Shown: positions 11,420 to 22,022 of the stretch, one piece after another
Layout: each line of letters starts with the position of its first letter
Position numbering within the stretch: position 1 is the stretch's first letter
DNA from: Candidatus Poribacteria bacterium
GTDB lineage: Bacteria; Poribacteria; WGA-4E; WGA-3G
Direction of reading: 5' to 3'
NCBI GenBank assembly: GCA_963663765.2
Contig: CAXXUA010000004.1
Location: 704,001 to 768,000, forward strand
DNA length: 64,000 bases
Notes under the pieces: generated by a model
Told to the model about the DNA's origin: nothing
Database searches by the model: none
Seen by the model: only the letters and a program-made list of their open reading frames with translations
Translations under genes and position numbers: made by a program

Positions 11420-12502
11420 GTGGTTGCGTGATGAAAATGGGGAACGTGTCGTTGCTTGGAAGGATGAAACGGCATTTTTATTAGACTTTACAAAGCCGGT
11501 TGTAATTGATAAGATTGTCAATGAGGCAATCGCTGTTGCGAATTGTGGTCTATATGACGGGATCTTTTTTGACTGGTGGAATGAACATGGGACTATTCTT
11601 TCCAATCCTGGGAGTAATTAGAAAGGTTATCGATCAAATGAATCAGAACAGCGTGCCAGAGACGAAATTCTTCGTCGTATCCGTGCGGAAGTCCGTGATG
11701 ACTTTCTCATCTTGGTAAACGGTAACCGGCGAACAATGCCTCGCACAGGATGGGGAATTAACGGCACTTTCATGGAAACCCTAAGAGATCACGATGAAGG
11801 CTACACCTATAACGGATTAAAACAGATCGAAAGCACGCTTTCTTGGGCTGAAGAAAATTTGCGAGAACCTCGGATTAACTGCTTAGAAGGATGGGGTGTT
11901 GAAACACAATCGCCTGACAGTCCACTAAATAGGAAATGGATGCGTGTGTTCACCACAATGAGCCTAACGCTTTCAGATGGCTACGTTTTATACAATGATG
12001 GGGTTCAGCACCAACATTACTGGTATCCGTTTTGGGACACGGATCTCGGTAAACCTATTAGTGAAAAAGGGCAACATTACAATAACCTTGAAGGTGTCTA
12101 TATCCGTGAATTCACGAACGGATGGGCTGTTTACAACCGTTCTGGTAAATTACAAAAGATAAGGTTGCCATCATTTAGTAGCAGCATCACCAATGAATTG
12201 CATTCTACAACACACACGCTTTCAGATTTAGATGGTGAGATTTATCTCAAAAACATTCCAGATCTGAACGGTGATAAAGTTGTCAACATATTGGACTTGG
12301 TAATTGTGGCGAACGCTTTCGGTAAGCAAAACCCATCGGTGGATCTAAATGGTGACGGTATCGTCAACATATTAGATTTAGTGATAGTCGCAAACGCATT
12401 TGGCAACCATAAATGAAACAAGTCTCAAAAGGCACATTAGCATTAGACAGTATAATGGTTTTATCAATAATCGTATTATAACACCAAGGAAGGAAGTAGA
12501 TA

Positions 12503-13018
12503 ATGAAATTGCGTTTTAGTGAATCGGAAATACCATACTGGGCTAAGCGATACTCAGACCCTGACGAAGAAGAACTTGAAAATGAATTAACAGATAAAGA
12601 TCTGGTTAACAAGGTGCAACAGCAACAATATCTGACGCGAGGTATATTGAGAAAGGTTGCCAGATGGAAATCCACGCGTCGTGTTGGTCTTATTGATCAC
12701 AATAGTGAAAACGACGTAAGAGAGATTACGGGCTATGTATTGAAGAGTCAGAGCGAACGTGTCACGTGGGGTGTTTTAACCTGTCTTGATGGCGTTGGAT
12801 TACCAACTGCCTCTGCGGTTCTTCATTTCTTTCACAAAGAACCGTATCCAATTTTAGATTATCGTGCAATGTGGTCTATTCAAGTGGATAAATACAATTA
12901 TTCATTCTCATTCTGGGAGGAATATGTGGATTATTGCAGGGACCTTTCGAAAAGTAACAATATTGATATGCGAACCTTGGATAGAGCACTTTGGCAGTAT
13001 TCAAGAGAAAATCAATAA
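12503..13018 (+). CDS. helix-hairpin-helix (HhH-GPD-like) protein, possible DNA glycosylase
   Basis: LDGVGLPTASAVL HhH motif, PILD aspartate and C-terminal LDRALW. Confidence 0.55.
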   Translation: MKLRFSESEIPYWAKRYSDPDEEELENELTDKDLVNKVQQQQYLTRGILRKVARWKSTRRVGLIDHNSENDVREITGYVLKSQSERVTWGVLTCLDGVGLPTASAVLHFFHKEPYPILDYRAMWSIQVDKYNYSFSFWEEYVDYCRDLSKSNNIDMRTLDRALWQYSRENQ

Positions 13019-13046
13019 AGAACCAAGACGTAAAACAGAGACAACC

Positions 13047-13480
13047 ATGCAAACATTGATACCTATAGAAAATACAAATATTTTACAACTCACAGATGAC
13101 GATAAAATACGCATCGGTGTTGCGTGGGACGCGTTATCTCCGAATTCCAGACGCGCGTATCAACTAACTTGGCGACAACTTAATGACTTCCAATCCATCA
13201 AATGTGAAACTCTTGACAACATCACTGATATACAATTGGCAGCCTACCTCTCAAGTTTGGATGCAAAAGGCATAGCACCAAACACCTTATCGATCAACTT
13301 AGCCGCGGTTAAATGGTATTTCAGCAATGTGAAAGGGAATGATGTCCAGTTCCCCATCAGTCAAAAGCGATTGAAATCTATCCGTCACGACGCAAAAGGT
13401 CGTGGTCGCGGTCAAGTAGATGCTCTTGTGTGGCCTGACGTTGAACGGGTTTGTGCATTTGCTGAGGCAGATAGGTCTCT
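13047..13480 (+). pseudogene. truncated tyrosine recombinase (N-terminal core-binding domain only)
   Basis: LSPNSRRAY...LAAYLSSL..KGIAPNTLSINLAAVKW; coding similarity ends at a MITE at about 13480; no catalytic RHRY residues. Confidence 0.7.
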
Positions 13481-13611
13481 TAGTGGTTTTCTTGCTAAGG
13501 ATTTATTATATGTTTCCATTGATGATCTACTACTTAAACAGATGACTACTGGGTTCTTCAGATTTGGACTTTTATTTTATGTTAAAATTAATTACCGAAA
13601 GAACTATTTAG
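13480..13611. mobile_element. about 130-bp MITE-like repeat (TAGTGGTT ends), second copy at 47117-47247
   Basis: Highly similar sequence at both sites; the 47 kb copy has TTAGTGGTT...AACCACTAA inverted ends. Confidence 0.7.
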
Positions 13612-13619
13612 TCCAGTAG

Positions 13620-13765
13620 AGACGATATGTTTATAGAAAGGCGTTATCACCCCTCTCTTGAGTTCCGTAGGAACGACATAGAAGGTTAAACATATCGTTC
13701 CTACGGGACTAAAAAGACGGGGGGATATGTATTTCTATAAACATATCGTTCCTACGGGACTGAAG
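13620..13765. repeat. REP-like AAACATATCGT(T/C)CCTACGGGACT units
   Basis: Two direct copies plus inverted GTTCCGTAGGAACGAC; same family as 53385-53810. Confidence 0.65.
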
Positions 13766-13917
13766 AGTATAGTTGATATTAACAATATTTCCTTATATTG
13801 ACACCTATGCGGCTGAGCAAAGAGACCCCGCCCTACAATGGGGAATTAGTTGTTTGTGCAATAACTTTACACACCAAGGTTGGAGTTTTGTCGTGATTTT
13901 TGATAAGTCCAAGATTC

Positions 13918-14706
13918 CTAATGTCCCTCAAGAGCTTTTCGGAGTCCATCGCCATTTTGCCGCCACCAACTGTAGAGTATTGAAATGTCGGTGCCAATAC
14001 AGAAATGCTTTACCCCCATATCAAGAAACCGTTTTGCACCATCCACACTTCCGATTTCAGCTCGGGGAGGTACTCCCATTGTTAGTGCTGTCTTAAACAC
14101 CCGTCGTTCCGCTTCTTGTATTTCAGCAGAACCGCGCTGTCCGACCTTTCCAACACTCATAGAATAGTCTGATCCACCCCATTGAATCATATCTACACCT
14201 TCAACAGATAACACCTCTTCAAGGTTCTCAACGGTGCCTTTCTTCTCAATCATAATGACAACGACAACGTCGCGTAGTGCTTGCACATACTCAGGTCCTC
14301 CTCCGTATCCCATATAAGCGAACCGACGCGTTGCTACACCGTAGCTACCGCCATCCTCAGGGGTATCCGCCCGCGTAGTCCGTACACATTCCTTCACGTC
14401 ATCGACGTTTTGACAATCTGCGTATAGTATGCTTTGGAAGCCTGAACCGATCGCGCGTTGTGCTAAAAATCCGCGCGGTTCCTGATCCACTTTGATCATT
14501 GTAGAGATATTGTGAAGTTCTGCAGCGCGGCACAAGTTGTCTAAATCGTACAGGTCATACGGACCGTATTCACCCACAAATTCTACATAGTCATACATTC
14601 CTGTGTGGCCGATTGCTTCTACGATTGAGGGCCAAGTGGTGTGAATGTGTGTACCAATAGTGGGTTTGTCATTATTGAGCAGTTCCCGGAAGGTGTTTTT
14701 TCTCAT
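13918..14706 (-). CDS. HpcH/HpaI class II aldolase family
   Basis: GMYDYVEFVGEYG, VIMIEKK, GVDMIQWGGSDYSMS, IGTDI. Confidence 0.85.
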   Translation of the reverse strand: MRKNTFRELLNNDKPTIGTHIHTTWPSIVEAIGHTGMYDYVEFVGEYGPYDLYDLDNLCRAAELHNISTMIKVDQEPRGFLAQRAIGSGFQSILYADCQNVDDVKECVRTTRADTPEDGGSYGVATRRFAYMGYGGGPEYVQALRDVVVVIMIEKKGTVENLEEVLSVEGVDMIQWGGSDYSMSVGKVGQRGSAEIQEAERRVFKTALTMGVPPRAEIGSVDGAKRFLDMGVKHFCIGTDISILYSWWRQNGDGLRKALEGH

Positions 14707-14820
14707 CTATATTCCTCTCAAGTTTTGAATAGATCGGTTTCTAATGTCTTGTTTTCGTTTCTGAATGTGCATATTTTAGCAGGAATCACTACTTTTATCA
14801 ACTGCAATAGGGTGTATAGC

Positions 14821-14952
14821 CAGAGGTAATCAATTGTCCGAAATGAACTATTGTGGGAGGAGTTTGTCACCCCAATTTCAGAGAACCAGCATAACAAATC
14901 AGGGTTACAAACCCCTGCTACAAAGATGTATAATGACAATTGAATAACTCTG
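14821..14952. mobile_element. MITE with 10-bp target-site duplication, enclosing a REP pair
   Basis: TIRs CAGAGGTAATCAATTGTC / GACAATTGAATAACTCTG flanked by GGTGTATAGC at 14811-14820 and 14953-14962. Confidence 0.75.
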
Positions 14953-14961
14953 GGTGTATAG

Positions 14962-15072
14962 CAGGTTTATTCAGTTTTCAATATATTGAGTAAATTCTAT
15001 CACAGTCGTTAGTCCTCAAGTTAGCTTATTTTTGGGGAGTTAACTCGTTCTTTGTCTGAACCAGGATTTTCA
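14962..15072 (-). mobile_element. partial inverted copy of the 23730-24060 MITE
   Basis: Reverse complement matches the right end of the 23730-24060 element. Confidence 0.7.
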
Positions 15073-15191
15073 AATCAAGAAATCAACGGTATGAATGCCT
15101 AAATGAGATTCATACCGTTAATTTCTTGTATTAAGCGTAATCCGAGATTCTGTCTGCAAAAATGTCTACACATCCTACATCAATTTTCTAT

Positions 15192-15220
15192 TTGCAATTT
15201 TCAACTATGTATAGTATAAT
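15192..15220 (+). promoter_or_regulatory. sigma70-type promoter upstream of sucC
   Basis: TTGCAA-17 bp-TATAAT. Confidence 0.6.
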
Positions 15221-15312
15221 CATTAAATATTTTTAATCCATTTTTTACCGCCCAATAATCCTATTTTTGAGGAAACCACAAAGGAAAACTAACGAGAAAT
15301 CACAAAGAAAAG

Positions 15313-16497
15313 ATGAATATTCACGAATACCAAGCCAAAGAAATATTAGAGTCTTTCGGAGTTAATACTCTCCCAGGTAAAGTCGCTGAAACACCAGAAG
15401 AAGCCGTGACCATTGCTCAAGAAATTGAATGTCACCAATATGTCGTCAAAGCACAAATTCATGCAGGCGGCCGTGGTAAAGGTGGAGGTGTCAAGCTTGC
15501 CAACTCAATCGCTGAAGTAAAACAACTTGCAGCAAATATGATTGGAATGCAACTTGTGACACCCCAAACTGGTTCCGAGGGAAAACTTGTCAGAAAAGTT
15601 CTGGTCGTAAAAGCAGCGGAAATACAAAAAGAATTCTATCTGGCTATTTTACTTGATAGAGAAACATCACAGATCACTTTAATTGGTAGTGAAGAGGGAG
15701 GTGTTGAGATCGAGGAGGTAGCTGCGACAAATCCTGAAAAGATCATAAGGTTACAGATACATCCCGCATTTGGCTTGAATGTTTTTCAAGCAAGAGAGTT
15801 CGCATACAAACTCATAACAAATCCAACATACCGACAACTTATTCCTAATGCCACTGAGTTGATAATGTCTGTCTATAATGCGTTTGTTTCATGCGATTGT
15901 TCGTTGATAGAGATAAATCCGTTAGCAATTGTCAGTGATGACGATGACTTGAAAATCGTTGCGCTTGACTCAAAGGTGAACTTTGACGATAACTCACTCT
16001 GGCGACAACCTGATATTACATCTATGCGCGATCCACATGAAGAAGACCCAAGTGAATTGGAAGCAAGTGAATCTGGTTTGAGTTATATCCGTTTAGATGG
16101 CAACATCGGTTGTATGGTGAATGGTGCAGGTTTAGCTATGGCAACAATGGATATTATCAAGGAGAAAGGTGGTGAACCGGCTAACTTTCTTGATGTTGGG
16201 GGAGGCGCGACTGTGGAAGCTGTTGCACATGCTTTCCGTCTAATCCTTGCTGATGAAAACGTGATGGCTGTTCTTGTTAATATCTTTGGTGGTATCATGA
16301 AATGCGACACTATCGCGACCGGCATAGTTGAAGCTGTAAAACAGGTCAAACTCAACGTCCCGCTGATAGTTCGGTTAGAAGGAACAAATGTGGAACTTGG
16401 CAAACAAATCATTGCGGAATCTGACTTGAACCTTCAACTGGCAGAAGGACTTGCTGAAGCAGCAGAACTTGCGGTTTCTGCTGCAAAGACTGCATAG
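15313..16497 (+). CDS. sucC: succinyl-CoA ligase beta subunit
   Basis: [50 protein letters not shown]. Confidence 0.98.
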   Translation: MNIHEYQAKEILESFGVNTLPGKVAETPEEAVTIAQEIECHQYVVKAQIHAGGRGKGGGVKLANSIAEVKQLAANMIGMQLVTPQTGSEGKLVRKVLVVKAAEIQKEFYLAILLDRETSQITLIGSEEGGVEIEEVAATNPEKIIRLQIHPAFGLNVFQAREFAYKLITNPTYRQLIPNATELIMSVYNAFVSCDCSLIEINPLAIVSDDDDLKIVALDSKVNFDDNSLWRQPDITSMRDPHEEDPSELEASESGLSYIRLDGNIGCMVNGAGLAMATMDIIKEKGGEPANFLDVGGGATVEAVAHAFRLILADENVMAVLVNIFGGIMKCDTIATGIVEAVKQVKLNVPLIVRLEGTNVELGKQIIAESDLNLQLAEGLAEAAELAVSAAKTA

Positions 16498-16505
16498 AGG
16501 ACCTA

Positions 16506-17492
16506 TTGAACGAGAATAGTAAAAAACAAATCGTATCTGATGAGATTATTCTACCGCACAACCAATTTGATATTGTGGCGAAAGACCCATTCTATTCCTT
16601 TCCAAAGGATATGCTACGTTTCTTGATGAATAGGACTGATTTTGAGTTTATTGAACATGTTGACACCAATTTACCCACTGTTGAAGTCCGTTATATGGAC
16701 ATTTTAATAAAGGCCTTACTTGATAAACAACCGATATTAATTCATTGTGAAATCCAAACAGACGATAGCAGACATCCAGACATGGTTCAACGCAATGTTG
16801 GCTACCTCGGTAGGTGCTTTGAAAAATATGGTTTACCGATCTATTCATTCGTCCTCTATCTGCGATCAACAGCAGGGGTTAAGGATCCAGGGGGATATTT
16901 TCAAGATGTACCAGGACACCGATTCATTGTTGAATATCAAGTAATTCGTTTGGACAAGATCGAAGGGAAATCAATTCTTCAAGAAAAACAACCAGGTCTG
17001 ATGCCTTTTACTCCGTTAATGAAACCTCAAACGGGAATGTCAAATATGGAGTGGACGAATCATTGTGCCGAAGCAACAAAGAAACTATCAGTTGACCTAA
17101 AAACTAAGAATAATTTGCTGGTTGAGTTATGGGTAATGAGTGGTTTAAGACATAAACGTCAAGATTTAATACAATTACTATCGGAGGATATTGTGAATAA
17201 TTCAACAGTTTACGAGATGATAATTGAACGTGGTATGGAACGCGGAAAGGAACAAGGTATTGAACAAGGTATTAAACAAGGTAAGCAGCTAGGTGCAAAA
17301 ACACAGACTATTGATTTTATCACGGATTTGCTAGACAAGCGTTTTGAGATGAGGACTGCTGAAATCTTAACACCTTTGCTTCAACCGATTGACGATTTAG
17401 AACGACTCAGAGAGTTGTTTCATGAGGCATTAGAAGTGGAGCATCTGGAAGATTTTATCCAATCAGTACAAACGGTTCAAAATGGAACATAG
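16506..17492 (+). CDS. Rpn-family (YhgA-like) PD-(D/E)XK nuclease
   Basis: YMDILI...HCEIQT; C-terminal ERGMERGKEQGIEQG repeats; internal GGAGG-N5-GTG at 17183-17195. Confidence 0.85.
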   Translation: MNENSKKQIVSDEIILPHNQFDIVAKDPFYSFPKDMLRFLMNRTDFEFIEHVDTNLPTVEVRYMDILIKALLDKQPILIHCEIQTDDSRHPDMVQRNVGYLGRCFEKYGLPIYSFVLYLRSTAGVKDPGGYFQDVPGHRFIVEYQVIRLDKIEGKSILQEKQPGLMPFTPLMKPQTGMSNMEWTNHCAEATKKLSVDLKTKNNLLVELWVMSGLRHKRQDLIQLLSEDIVNNSTVYEMIIERGMERGKEQGIEQGIKQGKQLGAKTQTIDFITDLLDKRFEMRTAEILTPLLQPIDDLERLRELFHEALEVEHLEDFIQSVQTVQNGT

Positions 17493-17557
17493 TTTGTATT
17501 GAAGAATCGCTAACGGGTTGATTAGCGATACATAGTATATCGCATAGAAGTAGAAAA

Positions 17558-18748
17558 ATGGCAAAACTGGAATTAGCTGATATTGATCTTAACGGTAAAC
17601 GAGTTTTGGTACGTGTGGACTTTAACGTACCACTGAAAGACGGGAAAATCACAGATGAAACCCGTATCACCGCTGCTTTGCCTACCCTATTAAATCTGAT
17701 TCATCGGAATGCAAAAATCATCCTTGTCACTCACTTGGGAAGACCAAAAGTCGGCTCATCCACAGATCGTGTGGAACTTTCTACTGCCCCAATTGCTATT
17801 GCACTTAGTCAAAAACTGGGAAAACGTGTTAGACATGTCAATAATTGTATCGGTGAAGAGGTGCAGAATGCAATTGAGGCATTGGAAGATGGTGAAATTC
17901 TACTCCTTGAAAATGTGCGTTTTTACGAAGAAGAGGCAAACAACGATCCAGAATTTGCACAGCAACTTGCCTCAATTGCTGATGTTTACGTTAACGATGC
18001 TTTCGGTACAGCACACCGCGCTCATGCCTCAACAGAAGGGGTAACACACTATTTGACAACGTGTGTCGCAGGTTCGCTCATGGCGCGCGAGATTCATTAC
18101 CTTAGCCTGAGTCTTGAAAACCCTGCCCGTCCTTATGTAGCAATTCTTGGTGGCGCGAAAACATCTGATAAAATCACTTTGATTGAAAACTTATTAGACA
18201 AGGTTGACAACCTGCTCATCGGTGGTGGAATGGCTTACACGTTTCTTGCTGCAATGGATGTTTCAATCGGTAACTCACTCGTGGAAACGGAGAAACTTGA
18301 CGTGGCATCATCGCTAATTAAGAAACGAGGCTTTTCAGATTCCGTTCTCCTACCTGCTGATCACGTTGTAGGGCAAATGTTTAATCCTAACACCGAATCT
18401 CAAATCATTGATAGCGTGGCTATTCCTGACGGTTGGCAGGGATTAGACATTGGACCGAAAACTGTTGCTGCATTCGGTGAACGGATTGCTTCAGCAAAAA
18501 CAGTGGTATGGAACGGACCTTTAGGTGTATATGAGTTTGAAAAGTTCGCTCAAGGAACGATTACGGTTGCTCAGCAGATAGCTTCCTCCGAAGCAGTAAG
18601 TATCATCGGTGGCGGTGATTGTGTCGCAGCAATTCAACATGCGGGTGTTGCAGATCGCATAACACATGTATCGACTGGCGGTGGAGCGTCATTAGAGTTT
18701 TTAGAAGGGAAATCATTACCCGGCATAACAGCCTTAACAGACAAATAA
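17558..18748 (+). CDS. pgk: phosphoglycerate kinase
   Basis: RVDFNVP, NDAFGTAHRAHAS, HVSTGGGASLEFLEG. Confidence 0.98.
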   Translation: MAKLELADIDLNGKRVLVRVDFNVPLKDGKITDETRITAALPTLLNLIHRNAKIILVTHLGRPKVGSSTDRVELSTAPIAIALSQKLGKRVRHVNNCIGEEVQNAIEALEDGEILLLENVRFYEEEANNDPEFAQQLASIADVYVNDAFGTAHRAHASTEGVTHYLTTCVAGSLMAREIHYLSLSLENPARPYVAILGGAKTSDKITLIENLLDKVDNLLIGGGMAYTFLAAMDVSIGNSLVETEKLDVASSLIKKRGFSDSVLLPADHVVGQMFNPNTESQIIDSVAIPDGWQGLDIGPKTVAAFGERIASAKTVVWNGPLGVYEFEKFAQGTITVAQQIASSEAVSIIGGGDCVAAIQHAGVADRITHVSTGGGASLEFLEGKSLPGITALTDK

Positions 18749-18769
18749 CCCCGAACTGGTAACTAAAAT

Positions 18770-20206
18770 ATGTTTGATAAAATTACGCCTCGTAGTGAAG
18801 ACTACTCAAAATGGTATACGCAAGTCATCCGTCAAGCAGAGATGGCAGATTACGCACCTGTGCGCGGCTGCATGGTAGTGCGTCCTTACGGCTATGCCCT
18901 CTGGGAAAATGTCAAGGAACAATTGGATATCCGCTTCAAAGCAACAGGTCACCAAAATGCTGCCTTTCCGCTTTTCATTCCGATGAGTTTCATTGAAAAA
19001 GAAGCGGAACACGTTGAGGGTTTTAAACCTGAACTCGCTGTTGTCACACACGGTGGTGGTAAAGAATTAGAAGAACCGCTTGTTGTACGTCCAACATCCG
19101 AAACCATCATCGGGCACATGTATAGTCAATGGATACAATCTTACCGTGACCTCCCCGTGCTAATCAATCAGTGGGCAAACGTGGTGCGATGGGAATTACG
19201 TCCTCGTCTTTTCCTCAGAACAATGGAATTTTTCTGGCAAGAGGGTCATACCGCACATGCGACACATGAAGAAGCAATGGAGGAAACACTCCGCATCCTT
19301 GACATCTATACCGACTTTGCTGTCAATGAAGCAGCGATACCTGTCATTCCTGGTCGTAAGAGTGATAGCGAGAAGTTTCCCGGTGCCTTAACGTCCTATA
19401 CGATTGAGGCGATGATGGGAGACAAACGCGCTCTCCAAGCAGGTACATCACACGACCTTGGACAGAACTTTGCTAAGGTCTTTGATATACAATACCTTGA
19501 TGCAAACCAGAAACAACAGCACTGCTGGACAACCAGTTGGGGTGTTAGCACGCGCATGATTGGTGCGATTATCATGACACATGGAGATGACCAAGGCTTA
19601 GTTCTTCCTCCACGACTTGCTCCCACGCAACTTGTTATTGTACCGATTGTTCCGAAAAACAACGAAGAAGTAAAACAGGTCGTCACACAAACCGTTGATG
19701 CTATCTGTGAAACCTTAGGAGATATCCGTTACCATGTTGATGACCGATATGAGTATTCTCCTGGGTGGCGATTTAACGAGTGGGAACTCAAAGGTGTGCC
19801 TTTGCGAATAGAGATTGGTCCCCGTGACATAGAAAATCAGCAGGTCGTCTTTGCCAGACGAGATATTCCCGGTAAAGAAGGTAAATCCTTTATCCCTATT
19901 GCCGAGGTGGCTGAGACAGCAACGCAGATGCTTGACACAATTCAGACAGATATGCTCAAACGTGCAACAGAATTCCGAGATGCAAATACCTTTGAACCGA
20001 CAGAATACGATGAATTTAAGGGGATTGTTGAAAATGGTTTCGCACGCGCATGGTGGTGCGGAAACGTTGAATGTGAAGACAAGGTCAAAGAAGATACACA
20101 AGCAACTATCAGATGTATCCCGATGGATCAGCCTGATTCTGAGGGGGTATGTATTGTCTGCGGCACGCATGCAAAAGAGATCACAATTTTTTCACGGGCG
20201 TACTAA
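18770..20206 (+). CDS. proS: proline--tRNA ligase (archaeal/eukaryotic-like type)
   Basis: VRPTSET, FLRTMEFFWQEGHT, QAGTSHDLGQNF, C-terminal Zn site and ...FSRAY. Confidence 0.97.
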   Translation: MFDKITPRSEDYSKWYTQVIRQAEMADYAPVRGCMVVRPYGYALWENVKEQLDIRFKATGHQNAAFPLFIPMSFIEKEAEHVEGFKPELAVVTHGGGKELEEPLVVRPTSETIIGHMYSQWIQSYRDLPVLINQWANVVRWELRPRLFLRTMEFFWQEGHTAHATHEEAMEETLRILDIYTDFAVNEAAIPVIPGRKSDSEKFPGALTSYTIEAMMGDKRALQAGTSHDLGQNFAKVFDIQYLDANQKQQHCWTTSWGVSTRMIGAIIMTHGDDQGLVLPPRLAPTQLVIVPIVPKNNEEVKQVVTQTVDAICETLGDIRYHVDDRYEYSPGWRFNEWELKGVPLRIEIGPRDIENQQVVFARRDIPGKEGKSFIPIAEVAETATQMLDTIQTDMLKRATEFRDANTFEPTEYDEFKGIVENGFARAWWCGNVECEDKVKEDTQATIRCIPMDQPDSEGVCIVCGTHAKEITIFSRAY

Positions 20207-20310
20207 AGAACTTACTCAATTTTGAAATAGCAACGATAAGGTGTATTAGAGGATTTGACGTTTAATACATACCTATATTTGTGAAAATATAACACATAGG
20301 AAGATAATAA

Positions 20311-20715
20311 ATGAAATACATCACGATTCTCACAATGCTATTTACAATCTTAGCATCAACCGCACAGAGCGAACTTACTCCAACAGACCTTGATAAGATT
20401 CAAGAAATTGTCAATGCGTCTGAACAACGAACCAAAGAATACGCGAATTTAAAATTTGATAGTTTTGAAAAAAACGTTAACGAACGATTTAATAGCGTTG
20501 ACAAACGATTTGATAACGTTGATAAACGATTTGATAGCGTTAATAAACGAATGACACACCAAGCAAATTTCACTTACGGTCTCATGGCACTTGTTGCAGT
20601 TGCCATAGGTTTCCCCGCATGGCGAAGCCAAAAAGACCGATCTCTACAAAGAAAGATAGAAGCACTCACACAGGAAATTGAAAAACTCAAAAAACAACGT
20701 ATTCAAACCCCGTAG
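20311..20715 (+). CDS. small exported/membrane coiled-coil protein with heptad repeats
   Basis: Signal peptide; VNERFNS-VDKRFDN-VDKRFDS-VNKR (21-bp DNA repeats); TM helix; C-terminal coiled coil. Confidence 0.7.
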   Translation: MKYITILTMLFTILASTAQSELTPTDLDKIQEIVNASEQRTKEYANLKFDSFEKNVNERFNSVDKRFDNVDKRFDSVNKRMTHQANFTYGLMALVAVAIGFPAWRSQKDRSLQRKIEALTQEIEKLKKQRIQTP

Positions 20716-20832
20716 ATAATATGAACTTTGTTATTGCACAAAAACAGAGTTGCTACCTAAAAATTATAAACGTATCTTAACTGACAATTGTTTGAAGATA
20801 CCAATAAATATGGTTTTATTTTGAGAGTACAA

Positions 20833-21055
20833 ATGCCAGTAAATTGGAGTGATCACATAGTAAACATACCAGAAATACTACGAGGTAAACTTCGTATTAA
20901 AGGCACGAAAATTCCAGTATGTCTCATTCTTGGTTACTTTGCTGCGGGTATACCACAGAAGAAATCATTGTTGAATTTCCCGATCTGAAAATAAGCAGAT
21001 TCATGCTTGCCTTGATTATACACGCGAGTTAGTTGACAAAGATCTTAATATGTAA
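20833..21055 (+). pseudogene. DUF433 antitoxin-like gene, frameshifted
   Basis: MPVNWSDHIVNIPEILRGKLRIKGTKIPV...; shifted frames give YTTEEIIVEFPDL and QIHACLDY. Confidence 0.75.
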
Positions 21056-21078
21056 ACACGTCCTAAGGAGATGAACTT

Positions 21079-21858
21079 ATGCTTTTCCGTTTGGTTGCTG
21101 GATGCTGTATTTTGACCCTCGTTTTGACCGTAATAACTGTAGAAACCGCTGAAATTGCCGTTGTTGACTTTGCTGACGAATGGACAAAGGTTGACGCATT
21201 GCGTCAAACCCTGGATGAATTAGATGTTGAGTATGATGATCTAACAAATGCGCTTGAAGGTGGGCAGCTACATTTTGAAGCAGATAATAAAATTTTCTTA
21301 ATCGGTAGCATGACGACCAACAATGCTGTCCTTCACCAAAACATCGATAAAAATGCAATAGCGATTCAAGATTTCGTAAAAAATGGTGGTATCGTCTGGG
21401 AGCCTTCCCAAGCTGATCAGAACGAAGCGAATGTGGATTGGTTACCCCCTGAATTGAGTTGTGTTCGGAGCGACCGTGATAGCACAGATTTTGAAATACT
21501 GGCAGCGGACCATCAGCTCTTTAACAAACCAAACCTTATGGATGCGGAATCGTTTAAAGATTGGGGGTTTGGAGGTTGGCCTACTGTTTGGGAAGTCATC
21601 GCTTCTCAAAACGGATTTAACGTGCTGATGGACAGTTCGGGAGATCCTGTCATCATGGAAGCAATTTACGGAAAAGGTAAGTTCCTGATGATGGCAATTG
21701 CACCCGATAAATATCATATCGTAGGTAACGATGACAATACGAAAGATATGGCAAAACTTTTCATGGAGAATTTACTGAACTATGTTGAAGAATATGCCGC
21801 TGTTGAAGCAGATGGTAAGCTCACAACGAAGTGGGCGAATTTGAAAATGTTATACTGA
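21079..21858 (+). CDS. secreted hypothetical protein with C-terminal AVEADGKLTTKWANLK tag
   Basis: AGGAG RBS, signal peptide, terminal motif typical of Poribacteria secreted proteins. Confidence 0.75.
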   Translation: MLFRLVAGCCILTLVLTVITVETAEIAVVDFADEWTKVDALRQTLDELDVEYDDLTNALEGGQLHFEADNKIFLIGSMTTNNAVLHQNIDKNAIAIQDFVKNGGIVWEPSQADQNEANVDWLPPELSCVRSDRDSTDFEILAADHQLFNKPNLMDAESFKDWGFGGWPTVWEVIASQNGFNVLMDSSGDPVIMEAIYGKGKFLMMAIAPDKYHIVGNDDNTKDMAKLFMENLLNYVEEYAAVEADGKLTTKWANLKMLY

Positions 21859-21864
21859 TTAGAA

Positions 21865-21927
21865 AAACAGATTCATGCTTGCCTTGATTATGTAAGCGAC
21901 TTAGCAAAATTTGAGGAAATCCCATAA
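21865..21927 (+). pseudogene. DUF433 3' fragment (KQIHACLDYVSDLAKFEEIP*)
   Basis: Contains a perfect 24-bp repeat of 20996-21019. Confidence 0.65.
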
Positions 21928-22022
21928 TATTCCTTTACTGTTCAGAATTTGATCATGCTATGGATAAACACTGTGCTACTGGAAGTTTGTTCATTCATTC
22001 TCTACAAGATTTGGAAAATTAA

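Larger units (their letters stand above)
9096..12416 (+). pseudogene. secreted internalin-type LRR + putative glycoside hydrolase-like domain + dockerin-like tail; split by IS630 and carrying in-frame TAG codons
   Basis: Signal peptide; LRRs (ISDISPLENLTEL...). Frame continues across the IS (PEDSP*WLRDENG) and across TAG 11619-11621 into the 11712-12416 ORF; YDGIFFDWWNE; two DLNGDxxVNILDLV repeats. Confidence 0.85.

Noticed and set aside
9096-12416. Stop-codon reassignment (TAG read-through) suggested by two in-frame TAGs
   Set aside because: sucC and other intact genes end in TAG at the expected length, and other pseudogenes carry TAA or TGA lesions; ordinary decay explains it.
12864-13619. 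Intact 251-aa integrase or integron
   Set aside because: The real start is about 13047, the C-terminus is MITE-derived, catalytic residues are absent and I recognised no attC sites.
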